DNA of 64,000 nucleotides, taken from NCBI GenBank assembly GCA_964234715.1, contig OZ174275.1. One strand, given 5' to 3'. The notes beneath the pieces were generated by a model. It ran no database searches. It saw only the letters and a list, made by a program, of their open reading frames with translations, and was not told where the DNA came from. Both the position numbers and the translations under genes were made by a program. Shown piece after piece: positions 40,901 through 53,404 of the stretch. Source of the stretch: Podarcis melisellensis (lineage: Eukaryota). Position 1 is the first letter of the stretch. Every line of letters starts with the position of its first letter.

Positions 40901-43384
40901 TCACTGCATTTTATCCTTGTGAATCACTTTAGGACTTTCCGCTCTGTGATGGGATTCATAAATTGATAAACTGAAAAGCTGCCAAAAACAGTGGGTTTGA
41001 CTTTGTCTCTCTCCCCTGTCCCACAGCTTTGAGCCTTGGGGGCGGTTTTGATTTTGATCTGTTAATGTGGGGGGTGGCCACACTCCTTCTGTCAGCTGTC
41101 AGGTTCCCTTGATCACAGCGTGTGTCTGGACAAAAGCAAGAACAAATTAAAATCATTACATTTCTAGCATGCATGGCCATATACACACCTGCAGAATACA
41201 CACCTAGCATTCAGGGGTCTCTCTTCTACACCTGTTAAATTTCTTGGCCCACCCTGGATCTGCGTTTGAAATATTCCAGAATTGGTCCCATACCGCACCA
41301 CAGTTGTTCCTATTGACCTCAAGGGATCCCAACAGCAATACATACCTGCAGTTGTTTGTAGGTACCAAGTTATGGGTGAGTTGGGAAAGGTTTAGAGAAC
41401 TGAGGTCTGTGGAACCGCAGAAGAGAACAGATATAGCATAGTGTTTAAGAGTAAGAGCTGCAAGTCTGCATTTTGAATCTCAGCTTAGCCATGATCTCAT
41501 TCATTAAGGTCCTGAGGAAAGTCAGTATTTATAAGCGACATATTGTAATATGACCATTTGTGATGGGTGAGCTCCTTTGGCTCATGTTGGATTGGCTCCA
41601 AAATAAGCTCATACTTTTACCCCCAAATCTCCAAATCTCTCTTTCTTTTCTACCTACCGTCTTACTTTACTAGGGTGCTCTGATGGAATCATCAGTACTC
41701 GCAAACTGTAGGGAGCAGAAGGAAATCTGTCTCCTTAAGCACTCTGACACCATACATAACTGGTCAGTCCTCAAATTCCAGTGTCTGTATTCCTTGCAAA
41801 AGCTACATTTCCCAGGAGTTATGAGCAGCCTAGTACACTAATATATGGTGCACTAGATATGGGAAGGGGGGGGAGAGAGATCTTCATCTCCTCTCTTTGT
41901 TGTTTTCCCAGGCAACCAGAGCATGAATGATAGGTAGAATTGAATGGAACTGAGGGTGTTGTTTGGCCAGTGAGATGGGTATTGCAACTCTGGCTCAGAT
42001 TAAAATTCTACCCCGGGAAGAATTTGAGGGCTGAAATATTCACTTTGTAGTGGAGGAGAATGTTTCAGGTTCTTGAAACTTAACTCATTCCAAGCCTGGA
42101 AGTACGAGTTTGATGGCATCACTTGTGAGACTAATGACACTGGTTTACTTTCCAGGATTACTATACGTGAAGTGCCGTGAGCATCTGTGGGAGGTGAAAT
42201 TATAAATAGTAGCATTATGGAATTAACTCTCTCTAAAAAATTCAGTCAACTTTCTTAAGTTCAGGAATGCACAAATGCAGAAATGTTTGACTTTTTCTAA
42301 AAGCAGCATATTGAAAATAGTGGAAAATGAGAGATGTTTTATGTCTGGCATGTTTTGATCACTACCTAATGTGGTGAATACTTTGCATTGGCATCCCATC
42401 TGTATCAAACAGTTGTAAATAATGACCCATCTGCTTGAAAATGGTGATTTCGTTAGCACATTCATGAATTCATTGCTTTGCATAATTATGTTTATTAAAG
42501 AAATGCACCTGAGTTTCCATTTTTAAACTGTTTTTCTGAACTGCAACATTTCAGTGAGTCTATGTTAATAGGAATGGTTTGCAGAAAACACATACACACC
42601 AAAGTCCTGTTTAGGCTGTGTGTGCTGCTTTTTGTTTTCCTTAGCTTGAGTCATTTTTCAAAATAATATTTGGGAATGACAGTGGCTGTATAGAATCATG
42701 AAGACCTAATTGTATTTCCATATCATGTAAATGATTAAAAAAACAAATCACACACGATTTATTTTAAAGGCAACCTTTTTCTTGAGTTGAAATCAAAGGC
42801 TGAAAAGTCCACCTCTTGGGAATGTCACATCTTGAGAGTTGGGCAAAATAAATGTCAGGGATGATTAACTTAAAATCATCATTTCTTTGCAGTTTAATTT
42901 AGTAGTTGTTCACAAACCTCTATTAAATATGACTGAACAGTCAGATGTATAGGGGGAGAAAACACTAGCACAGGATCAGAGAGAGAGAGAAGCAATCTAT
43001 ACAACTCAGTAGTTTTATGGCAAGCCATAAATCATCACTAAGGCCCTCTCCCTCCTCCTGTATATGTGTATCTTTCACGTCTCGGGTTTGTTCATTTCCC
43101 TCTCATTTATCTTATCTGCTTGTGTCTTTTTTTGTCTGTTTCTTTTAAAAAAAGAAGTCTAGAAAAATTGCGACTTCTTAGCATTCCTTCCTACTGTCCC
43201 TCATGCCCATAAACAGCTTAGTTTGATTTGACATTTAGTGCTGTGTTTCTGGTTGGGTCAAAAGGAAAGTCCTGTTAGAAATGGGCTCCCCCACCCTTCT
43301 TCTCCCTTTCACCCCCCCCAGTGGCCCCCAAACTCTCTCCAGCAGTCTGTAGGTCACTGCTGAATGGGGTGGGCTCTGGCATGG

Positions 43385-43822
43385 AGCAATCCCAAGTATA
43401 CGAAGCCTGCGCAATTTATGCCAGCTTAATTTCCAACATCATAAATTAGCCCTGTTCCAAACTCCTTTCAGGAGCAGGGTTCCTGCTAGCTTAGCCAGCC
43501 TAAGCGCAGCAGAGGGAAAACAAGCTGTTAAAACAGCAATTGGTTTACCCTTTTTGCTGGTGTGAGTTCTGCCAGGTTGCTGCCTGCCCCTTCCGCTCCC
43601 CTAGAACACCCATTTTTCAGAGCTTACGCCAGCGTAAGATCCAGTGGACTCAGCTCAGCTGGCTAAATCCAGGCTAAGCCCAGGGGAGGGAGTTACACTG
43701 GCATTTCTCTGGCTGAGCTGGGATGTGGGGGTTTTTTTGTTTTTTTCAAGCAGCCTGCTGAGCCAGAGAGCTGCTGGGTCTTAATTTGCTCATCCCAGTG
43801 GACCTCGGATTTGGATTGCTTC
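43385..43822. mobile_element. Decayed DNA-transposon-like element
   Basis: Terminal inverted AGCAATCC / GGATTGCT and internal repeated TTA(C/T)GCCAGC motifs. Confidence 0.45.
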
Positions 43823-45900
43823 CTCAGACTGCAAGGTGTAAGGAAAGATCAATAGTTGCTTCTGAGAGCAATTTTTAAAATATTATGTAAAGAAATCTGT
43901 TTGCTGGAGGCGATTTTGACTCCCGTCATGGGGAATAACTAAGGGAATAGTTGCTATATTTCCATCTGAAAAACCCCCAGAGCTTTTCTGTTATATTGGG
44001 GTGGAGAACTCCAGGCCCAGGAGCCAAACCTGCAGTCTTCTCTACCTGGCCTCAGAACCCTCACGCAGTGAGGGCCCAGATGTTCTTCAGATTGTAGCTT
44101 GGCTTCTGTTTAAATCCGTGCATGAAAAGCAGCTTGCCCTGCACCCTTCGGCCCATGAATCCACACCCCACACCTCAGCTTTTGCATAGAAAATTACAGT
44201 AATTGCCTCAACTGTCTCATGAATCCTAGCAGGGTCCAAGAATTAAGCAAATGTTACCTACTGCCTTTCTTGCTCTGCTTGCCGTTGCACAGTTTTGCAT
44301 CATCTAAAACTCATTTAGTTGATTGATATAGCAATAAAAATACATTTACTAGCAGCCAAGATAAAAAGCTTTGCTAAACAGTCTTTGTCAAATACGAATC
44401 TTCTTCACATGATTTCATCTCCCCCCCTTTTTTTAAAGGAAAAAAAAGACAAGGGCTCAGTAGGGAGGAAAAAAACAGGATACCTGACAACCTTACAGCA
44501 GATGAGAGATTGTTTTCAGCATGGGAATATCAATTCATAGAATTTAAAGCGATAACATTTTGTATGATAAGGGCTGGAAAACAAACCAAAACCAGCAGGT
44601 AGTAACCATAAATGTTTCAAAATGATTCAACAGCAATGCATAATAGGGCCAGCGCAAGACATGTCGATGTTTGAGCCAAGGGGAGTCACCACTCTCCCTC
44701 TTCTCCGCCATGGCTCCCCCTTCTCGCTCCCTGTTTACTTCTAAATGTTTTCCTCCTGTTAACTTGGAGGGATTGTGCCACCCTCTCTTTGCCCTGTCCC
44801 CTCTACCTTGCTCTGAGGATGCAAAGGTGGGCTTTCCTCAGAGCAAGACATTCTGGGAGAGGAGGCTTAGGAGAGTGCTATTTGGCCACAAAGGTAACTT
44901 TTTATTATTTAGAAAAAAAATTGCACCTTGCCCATGGTGCTTAACACTGAGTAATGGCTTGTGTGGGAAGCCATGTATTGGCCAAGGGCTCTGATTGGTG
45001 GCAGCAGCAATGCACTTGCTGCTGAACGGTGTCTCAGCACAAATAGATAGCACCAGTCTATAGCTGTACGAAATCTATAGATTCCATAGATCTGTGGGCC
45101 AGACCGTTCCATTTTGGGTGAGTGAAAACGGCACATTTCCCCTGTGGATGGAAGCAGCCCCACTGCGTGCCTGTAACTACAATTGGCACCCGAGGGTCTG
45201 CTGGGAGGGCAGTGACTGGCAGTGCAGTGAGGAACCCTTCTTACTCCTCAGGGCCCCAGCCAATGCCCAACCTGACTGACTGCTGGCACCTGATAATGGA
45301 GACCTGATAGATGCAGTTTTCTTCCCTGAGTGCGCAGCTGCTGTAATGCACATTAGTTTGGGGCGTGTTGGAGGGAGGGGTGTGACATTCTGTGATACTG
45401 AGCCACAGAACATACCGTTGGATGGTACTGCAGGTTATGTTGCTCTCTGTCATATTTGAGCATTTTATACAAACTCTTGCAAGACATCCTTAGGAAGTCA
45501 ATTTTAAGTATCTCAGTGTCTTATCACAATGGAAGAAGACCTCTAGCACCCGAATGAACTCATTAAAGGGCAGATCCTGCTGTGCACCATCCAGCCACAG
45601 CTTTGTGCTTAATTCAAAACAGTAACCTGTGTGGGAAGAGGCTTTGTGTGTGAAAGGGGCAGTTGCGTCTGTTTCAAAAGTATATCAGTGTGGTGTTGCA
45701 TTGCGTAGGCAAAGGAAAAGTGAAATAGCAATTGTGAAATCTCCTCCCTTCCCTTGAAGAAAATGATACGGTTGAAATCTACTCAGCTTCGATGATACCC
45801 TGTCATCTGTGAGACACAGTAAGAGGACAGTGATTTGAAGGGAAAAGGTGGTGCAAATCAGTGATCTCTCCACCCACCCTGCAAGAAAATATCTTTAATA

Positions 45901-47230
45901 CAGTGGTGCCCCGCTAGACGAATGCCTCGCAAGACGAAAAACCCGCAAGACGAAAGGGTTTTTCGGTTTTTGCGACACTTCGCTAGACGATTTTCCCTAT
46001 GGGCTTGCATCGCAAGACGAAAGCCCATAGGGAAATCTCGGGGACCTTTTTTTAAATGCTGGCGGTGGGGAGGAAAGCCTTCCCCCCCCTCCGGACTTCA
46101 GAAGAGGTCCAGGAAGGCCGGCGGGGGCGAAAGGCTTTGCTCCCCACCGCCAGCATTTTAAAAGCGGTCCGGGATAGCAGGGAAGCGCTTCCCGCTATCC
46201 CGGACGGCTTTTGAAGGCAGGCAGGGGGGGCAAAGACTTTTGCCCCCCCTGCCTGCCTAACCGGGGGCTTTTAAATCGCCCCGGGACTGTCCGGGGCGAT
46301 TTAAAAGCCCCCGGACGGCTTTTGAAGCCTCCCCCCCGCCCGGCTTCGGGGCATCATCCCGATGCCGGGCGGTGGGGCAGGAACGCCTCCCCCAGCCGCC
46401 CGGCTTTGGAACGATGTCCCGAAGCCGGGCGGCCGGGCGGGAAAGCCTCCCCCCCCGCCCGGCTTCGGGGCATCATCCCGATGCCGGGCGGTGGGGCAGG
46501 AACGCCTCCCCCAGCCGCCCGGCTTCGGGGCATCGTCCCGATGCCGGGCGGTGGGGCAGGAAAGCCTCCCCCAGCCGCCCGGCATCGGAACGATGTCCCG
46601 AAGCCGGGCGGCCGGGCGGGAAAGCCTCCCCCCCCGCCCGGCTTCGGGGCATCGTCCCGATGCCGGGCGGTGGGGCAGGAACGCCTCCCCCAGCCGCCCG
46701 GCATCGGAACGATGTCCCGAAGCCGGGCGGCCGGGCGGGAAAGCCTCCCCCCCCGCCCGGCTTCGGGGCATCGTCCCGATGCCGGGCGGTGGGGCAGGAA
46801 CGCCTCCCCCAGCCGCCCGGCATCGGGGCATCGTCCCTATGCCGGGCGGTGGGGCAGGAACGCCTCCCCCAGCCGCCCGGCATCGGGGCATCGTCCCGAT
46901 GCCGGGCGGTGGGGCAGGAAAGCCTCCCCCAGCCGCCCGGCATCGGAACGATGTCCCGAAGCCGGGCGGCCGGGCGGGAAAGCCTTTGTCCCCCCTGCCT
47001 GCCTTCCCAGGGGCTTTTAAATCGCCCCGGACAGCGGAGAAGTCCTCCGCTGTCCCGGGCGATTTTAAAATGCCGCCCGCCAGAAGAGGTCGGGGGAAGG
47101 CTTTTTCCATAGGAACGCATTAATTGATTTTCAATGCATTCCTATGGAAAACCGTGCATCGCAAGACGAAAAACTCGCAAGACGAAGAGACTTGCGGAAC
47201 GAATTAATTTCGTCTTGCGAGGCACCACTG
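45901..47230. mobile_element. Intact non-autonomous Tigger/pogo-like DNA transposon, 1330 bp, with hairpin-rich interior
   Basis: TA(45899-45900)-CAGTGGTGCCCCGCTAGACGAA ... TTCGTCTTGCGAGGCACCACTG-TA(47231-47232); multiple subterminal CGC(A/T)AGACGA repeats; no transposase ORF. Confidence 0.93.
46327..46985. repeat. GC-rich minisatellite of 11 ~59-60-bp palindromic units
   Basis: Unit order A B A A B A B A A A B; A core GGGGCATCGTCCCGAT, B core GGAACGATGTCCCGAA. Confidence 0.95.
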
Positions 47231-47554
47231 TAATCAGAACACCAGTGGGTTTCAGTTGGTGGCTGAGCTTGAAGGAGTATACTCTTTATCACTTTCCCTG
47301 TAACTTAGGTAACTTGAGAGCTGAATCTCCTGCCCACATTTAATTTAGTAAAGCCAAAATGTCTTTTGCTTATTCCGTTTGATAAAGGGCCTTGCTCATG
47401 GTAAGACCTTGTCACATCCCTGGCATGGTAAATACCATCTTTTACCACATGGGGGAGTATTGGCAAGAAATACGCATCACATGAGACTGGCAAAGTAGAA
47501 TAGTCTTGTGATTAATCTGACCATTAACTGGTTTTAAAATAGCAGCCCACAGGC

Positions 47555-47680
47555 AATTTCAGCCCTTGGATTTTATGGTGGTGGTGGTGGGAATCTTACC
47601 TGTTCCTAATTCTGGCCTGAACCCCGATTGATTTGGGTCTAGATTTGGTTCATAATGCCTTGCAGTTCTTAACACCATAT
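47555..47680 (-). mobile_element. L2-like LINE RT fragment
   Basis: LDPNQSGFRP is the conserved LINE RT N-terminal motif. Confidence 0.65.
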
Positions 47681-47681
47681 A

Positions 47682-47886
47682 CAGTGGTACCTCAGGATAA
47701 GAACTTAATTCGTTATGGTGGTCCGTTCTTAACCTGAAACTGTTCTTAACCTGAGGTACCACTTTAGCTAATGGGGCCTCCCGCTGCCACTACACGATTT
47801 CTGTTCTCATTCTGAAGCAAAGTTCTTAACCCGAGGTACTATTTCTGGGTTAGCGGAGTCTGTAACCTGAAGGGTCTGTAACCCGA
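47682..47886 (+). mobile_element. pogo/Tigger-type MITE copy 5, right TIR truncated
   Basis: Left TIR after TA; ends GTAACCCGA, lacking GGTACCACTG-TA. Confidence 0.9.
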
Positions 47887-49249
47887 TTTTAGTGATTTTA
47901 GTTACACTTTTGTGGTTCGTTTTGTTACGATTCCATTTCTTACTTATTAGTACAGGGCTACAAGAAGGTGGTGTCAAAATCCAAAACAACCTAATGCTAA
48001 AATTCATTAGAAATTGTTTGTGCGTTAACCTTAAATGTATTTTAAGTGATGAACAATTCCACACACAAATTTAAACTAGCTTATACAACTCTGAACATGT
48101 CTTAGGGCTATAACGTTGGGATGTGGGTCAATACTTTCTTCTCATTCCTTCTCTGGCTGGGTTTTGTTCTGCATCAATAATATCTTTGCCCCTTTGACAT
48201 TGAGGAAAACATGACACTTTTTTCGGTCATACTCTGCTGCCTCATAGGCGTTTTCCTACAGATTTACATCTCCAAACTTGGGTATTCAGTCATGGGAGTA
48301 AAAATATGTGTTGAGTACAATTCTGCTTTGCTATAATCTAGCACAGGGGTTCCCAAAGCGACCACCAGAGGTCTGTGAGCTTCATTCATGTGGTCAGCAT
48401 GGGTGACATTTCTGTGTGCTAACTTAACAGCCAGTGAGGTTTTCTGTTATGCAGAGAAAGATATATCAGGCTAATACTCATAACAGGACTGGTAGACTTC
48501 ATTTTTAATTTTGTATTTCTGAACAGAATAGTTGGATGTGTTTTATTATATTTAATTATTTGAAGGGGAAAGACATTTTAATGCTGTTGCTTGGGGATTC
48601 TAAATGCATTAGCAAAGGACTGGCTCTAATTAATTCCACAGTCTATGATAATTATCAAGTAAAGCAGCCTCATAAAAGCATACAATTACATTGAAGCAAA
48701 TGCATATTTGATCATTAATTAGTAAACCATCAAAAGCAACGCTGCAGATGTTTGTCGTTTTGTATAACAGAATTAAATCTGGTCACAGTAATCATGGTAT
48801 ACCTAAATGGGTATCTTGGCAGCAGCAATAATTTTGAAGCCTTTATGTGGTCGATTTCCTGCAGTGTATGTTTATGGTAATGTGTTTACATATGTCTGAG
48901 CATGTTGAAGTGTTAATCTGCTGCTGGGGTGGCTATCCTCCAGAAGCTCCTACTTCCATCAGCCCCTGCCCCCATAGCCAGGATGATGATCAAAAGAGCC
49001 ATAGGTCATCCATCCCTGATCTGTTACAAGCCTAGGTGTACTTGGTTAAAATCACCAACTCTACACCACACACAGAAGTGCTGTCTCTCTCACACTCTTG
49101 CACACACACACACATGGGCTGTCCCAGATGCTGTACTGTATATCCCATGATACTTGGTTTTAATGATGTTTATGCTAGGTACAAGTATCCTGTGTACAGT
49201 ACCCCGTGCAGTATTATTTAACACCATTCCCCCTATTTCTGAAGTTCAG

Positions 49250-49860
49250 ATGTGAGTGATGAGCCTTCTGTAGTCAAAACTGCTCACAGCATTCATGCAC
49301 GAGATGTAGATGTCAGCAGGCCTGAGGGGATTCCAGGGTTTTGAGAAGTGAGATACCACTGCTGAAGGAGGGATGGATGCCTCTGACACCCTACTGAGGA
49401 CTGAGCACACTCAGTAGCCACAGACTGTTGCATCTCTGTAGGGTGCAGAGAAACATGGCATCACCTGGAAGTGGTCAGAGAGAAAAGGAAGGCATGGCTG
49501 CAGCTGCCCAAGAGATGTCAGCTTGTGGCGGATCAGCTGGCAGGAAAAGTTAGCTGGGAAAGAAGGCAAGGGTAGATGAGAGGTCCAGAGGAGACCAGTA
49601 GGTAAGCAGGTAAATCTGTGCGTCTTTTCCGCTGTTGTTCTTGGCTCCAATTCTCTCCTTCTGCTTCCTTGTCCAAGAGGATGCAGAAGAGATACAGAGA
49701 TATAAAAAGGATGGAGAGAAACATTCTCATTTTCTGGAGAGGTAATTTCCCGGTTCGAACTGGGAAGGTATTGTTAAACACCTCCAGGGGCAAAAGGAAA
49801 AACTGCCCGTAGAGAGGAAGAGAGAAATCCAAGAGAAATCCAGCATTGGACATCAGTATG
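49250..49860 (+). mobile_element. Possible decayed LTR
   Basis: Purine-rich block with a TATAAAA box at ~49701, resembling the other LTR-like remnants; termini unresolved. Confidence 0.3.
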
Positions 49861-51638
49861 TTAAATGCCCCTCTCCACTACCAAAAAAATAAAGGATAGC
49901 AGCAAATAATGCAAATTCGAAACCAAAAGCAGTGCATTGGCCCCATGGTTCAAATTAGAAGGGGATGTGATTTTAAGCCAGACATGCTAGAGCTCAGGTA
50001 GACCTTGGTGCTTGAGTGAGACTTGTCTGTAACAGGAAGTTCCTTTATATGTCTTTCCGTCCAGGAGGAGCCCATGGTCAACCTTGGATGGTTGCACCCA
50101 AGCCTGTGTGAAAGGTTCTTTTTTGAGACACAGCAGTTCATTTATTAAGAGACTGTATATGCCTCCTTTTGTTTCTAAACAAAATGCCAAGGTGGTTCAC
50201 AATCAACAGCCAGAAGTGAAGGGAAAATGTTCCCCACATGAAGACATCCACACAACCTGGAACCTTGGATTGCACAGGCTTCCCATGGATGCCTTCTTGT
50301 CTATGTAGAAGGTTCAATCGCTGACATGTCCAGTTAAAAAGAATTAGCAGGTGATGGGAAATACTTCAGATGGAAACCCCAGAAAGTTGTTGCCAGGCGG
50401 AGTAGATCATATTATATTAGACAGATATTCCGACATAGCTTAAGGCAGCTTCCTGTTTGTAGCTATGATTAGGGTAAATAACATCATTGGTAAAGTAATT
50501 AATTGCATGCTGTCAGCATTTATGGAGCAAGCAAGTAGTAGTGGATAAAAGCTTTGTCTGGAGTCTTCATTTGCAAGGATATGAAATATTTGACATGCTA
50601 GAGGGAGGGTGAAGTTCATCCCGTGGTGCCTTTTATGCCAGATCTACTGAAAGACAGTGAAGATATTAAGTGTTTTGAAAGTTCAAGATAATTTTCATGC
50701 CAAGTACAATAGGAGTTCAACTCTATTTTAGTCAATGAATGCATATCTACTGTTATAAGAACCTTGCGACTCTATCTCTGCCATTATTATTATTCAAATA
50801 TTTCACTAGATTGCTCTCATGGTTGGGTCTCTTTATTCCACCTGCAATCATATAGTTGCAGCTATAGCTTGTTCTGTGTTTAATCCTCAGTATTTTCCAC
50901 CCAGATAATTGCTTCTTTCGGTTTAATCCCCTTTTCCTCCTTTCTTTTCTTCCATAAACCTGGCTGTGCTCTTGTTTGCAAGACACAGGTCACTTATGTA
51001 TGCCATTCTTTTCTCTCCCCCCCCCCCGAGCTGTCAGCCAGTTATGCCAGGGAGGAGCTAATTCTGCCCTCTCTCCATGTGATGGGAGGTAATGGTATAA
51101 ACAGACCTGGTGATTAGGCAGTGGCTTTTGAGTATATTGAAAGTGCAGAAGATTGTTGGTTATTTAATTTAGTACTATTATATTTTTACTCCTAAGGAGC
51201 AGCACGTGTGTGGGATTTTCTACCTCAGGTGCCAAAATGAATTGGCTGGGTTGGGTTATTACGCACCTTCACTCTGGCAAGTTGGCTATTCTGCCTTAGG
51301 CTGCAAAATGCCTTCAGCATAAAAGTTAAGCCTGTTTAATTCCACATCAATTTCTGTGGGAAAGTGAAGCACAAGCCTAACTCTGTCCCTTTGAAGCCGC
51401 TGTGATCTGAAATTCTTTTTACTAGGTCAATTATATTCAAAATGCACATGCCATTTGCCTGACAGGGAGAAGTATTCATAATTTACCACATTATCACAAG
51501 TCCTATTATGTCATGGTAATAGCACCTAGTTAGAATGCTTTCCTTGAACCCCCTCACTCACAGAAACAAAGGAGAGGGGGTTGTGGGGGATCCTGCCCCA
51601 GTTAGGTTCCTCAGTTGCATGGAAAAGCTCTGTGCATG

Positions 51639-51760
51639 TAGGGTTGCCATACGTCCGGGAATTCCTGGGCATGTCCTCTTTTGGGGTTCCTACATGCCTA
51701 TCCGGGGGCGGGTGTGTGTGTGTGTTATATTTGAAAGCAAATGTTCTGGATTTTGGGTGG
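51639..51760 (+). mobile_element. hAT-like terminus fragment
   Basis: TAGGGTTGCCATACGTCCGGGA...TGTCCTCTTTT, a typical hAT end with subterminal repeats. Confidence 0.6.
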
Positions 51761-53404
51761 TTGTTTTTTTTTAAAAAAAATGTGTGCATGGGCAGTTCTG
51801 GTTCAGGCTCTGGCTTTGGTGTGCTAGGCTCTGGTGCCCTGGGCACGATGGTGGCAGAAGGGCTATCGGGCAATTGCCCTAAAAATGCTCTACATCTTTT
51901 TGTGTCTGGAATTTTGCCACCCTAAGTACATCTAAACATGAATGGCATTCAGGTGTGTCCTTCACACACCCACACACCAAACCATTCCAGCAGTTGCATT
52001 GGCACTGGGCGCCAAGCTTGGCCCTCTCACACTTTGGATAGATGCCTGAGGCTCCCCCTGCTTTCCTGAGTGTACCTTCCTTAGAGAATCATGAATCCAT
52101 GTTTTGAAATGTAATCGAAGTTTTTAACTTGAGTCACTGGGTCTTCTAATATCAGAACTTGTTGGCGCCATGTTGTTATACTATAGCCTGATGTATTATG
52201 TACTGTACTGATATGGGCTCTGCATGTGCAGTCAGGATTGTATATGAGAAGGATAAGAGACTGTAGGCTTCTTTATATACATATGGGCCTCTTTATATAC
52301 ATTAAAATAGTAGCCTGTGTAATTGTAGGGAATGGATGGAAGTTGATTTGGCTTTGTTTAGTCTTTCCAGAGGAAACTCTTTCCCCCTGGTAATTGCTGT
52401 GAGGAGGCTATAAACTCTTATCTTGGAAAAATGAATATGAATGATTGTAAACAACTTACTTTTTTAAAAGAAAGAAAGTGTTCCTTGGTTTATTGCCCCT
52501 GTAGTATTTTTCCGTTTTAAGTTACTGTACAAGAAAAGTTATTTTTGTTAGCTGGTGCATGTTCTGCATATAGCAACAATAGCCCTCAGGCAACTGAAAG
52601 CAAAATGCTTACATGTGTTTGTCGCAGACCAAGCCCAACTGTATTTTCAGCTTTATTTGTGTTAATGAGAAATAACTCCATTAACACCGGTGAAGTAAGT
52701 GATAGCAAGGTAAGCGAAAGCAGAATTTTCTTGTCAAATTTTCTTGTCAAAATAGACAGGGACAGGTGTGTATGTCAGGGGAGAGGGATTGTAATGTATG
52801 AATCTTACAGAATGCATTTTTTGTTGTTCTTCAGCCAGGAAGCGTTTATGTAAAAATGCTCTGTAGCGCTGCCAAACTAATTCAGTTGCTTGGAGTTTGT
52901 ATTCCCCAAAGAAGTGCAACACAGAGGGCCCTACAGGAAATGACACCTGTCCACTATCCTTCTAAGGGCAAGAGGCATAAATCCTGATCAGACGAAATGC
53001 TTACCTTAAACCTTGTTTGATTGACACGTACTGACTTGTCATATCAATCCAAGTGTTAAGACACTTGTCATTTTTGTCAGGTCGAGCTGCATTACATATG
53101 CTGGCCTTACTGCTTTGAGGAACGGAGCCACCTGAATAAGCAAGGCACTGAATGCATATTAGAAAACGTACCTGGCATTTTGTCTTACAAGGACAGCAGA
53201 TTCCAGAGTCTTTAAAAGAAAAGGGAATGGGCTTCCTGGCAGGTCTAGAGTAGCTCTCCGCTTTCTGAACGACGATTGTTTTCAGAAGAAAGGATTACTC
53301 ATATTGCATTAAAACTATAAATAGTGTTGAAAGGGATACCAAGAGTTATGTAGCCCAACTCCCTGCAATGCAGGGGGTACAGGCTGTTTGTATTACCTAT
53401 AGAG

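Noticed and set aside
46327-46985. CRISPR-like array of palindromic repeats
   Set aside because: Spacers are not unique, there are no cas genes, and the context is vertebrate; it is a minisatellite.
46211-47123. Six overlapping 116-269 aa Pro/Gly/Arg/Ala-rich ORFs
   Set aside because: They are open on both strands only because the GC-rich minisatellite lacks stop codons; they lie inside a non-autonomous transposon and have no transposase motifs.
45901-47230. Gene-promoter CpG island
   Set aside because: CpG richness stops exactly at the TIRs and TA TSD, so it reflects a young TE.
52265-52752. Short tandem duplications (20 bp at ~52266, 13 bp at ~52724)
   Set aside because: Ordinary slippage products with no further structure.
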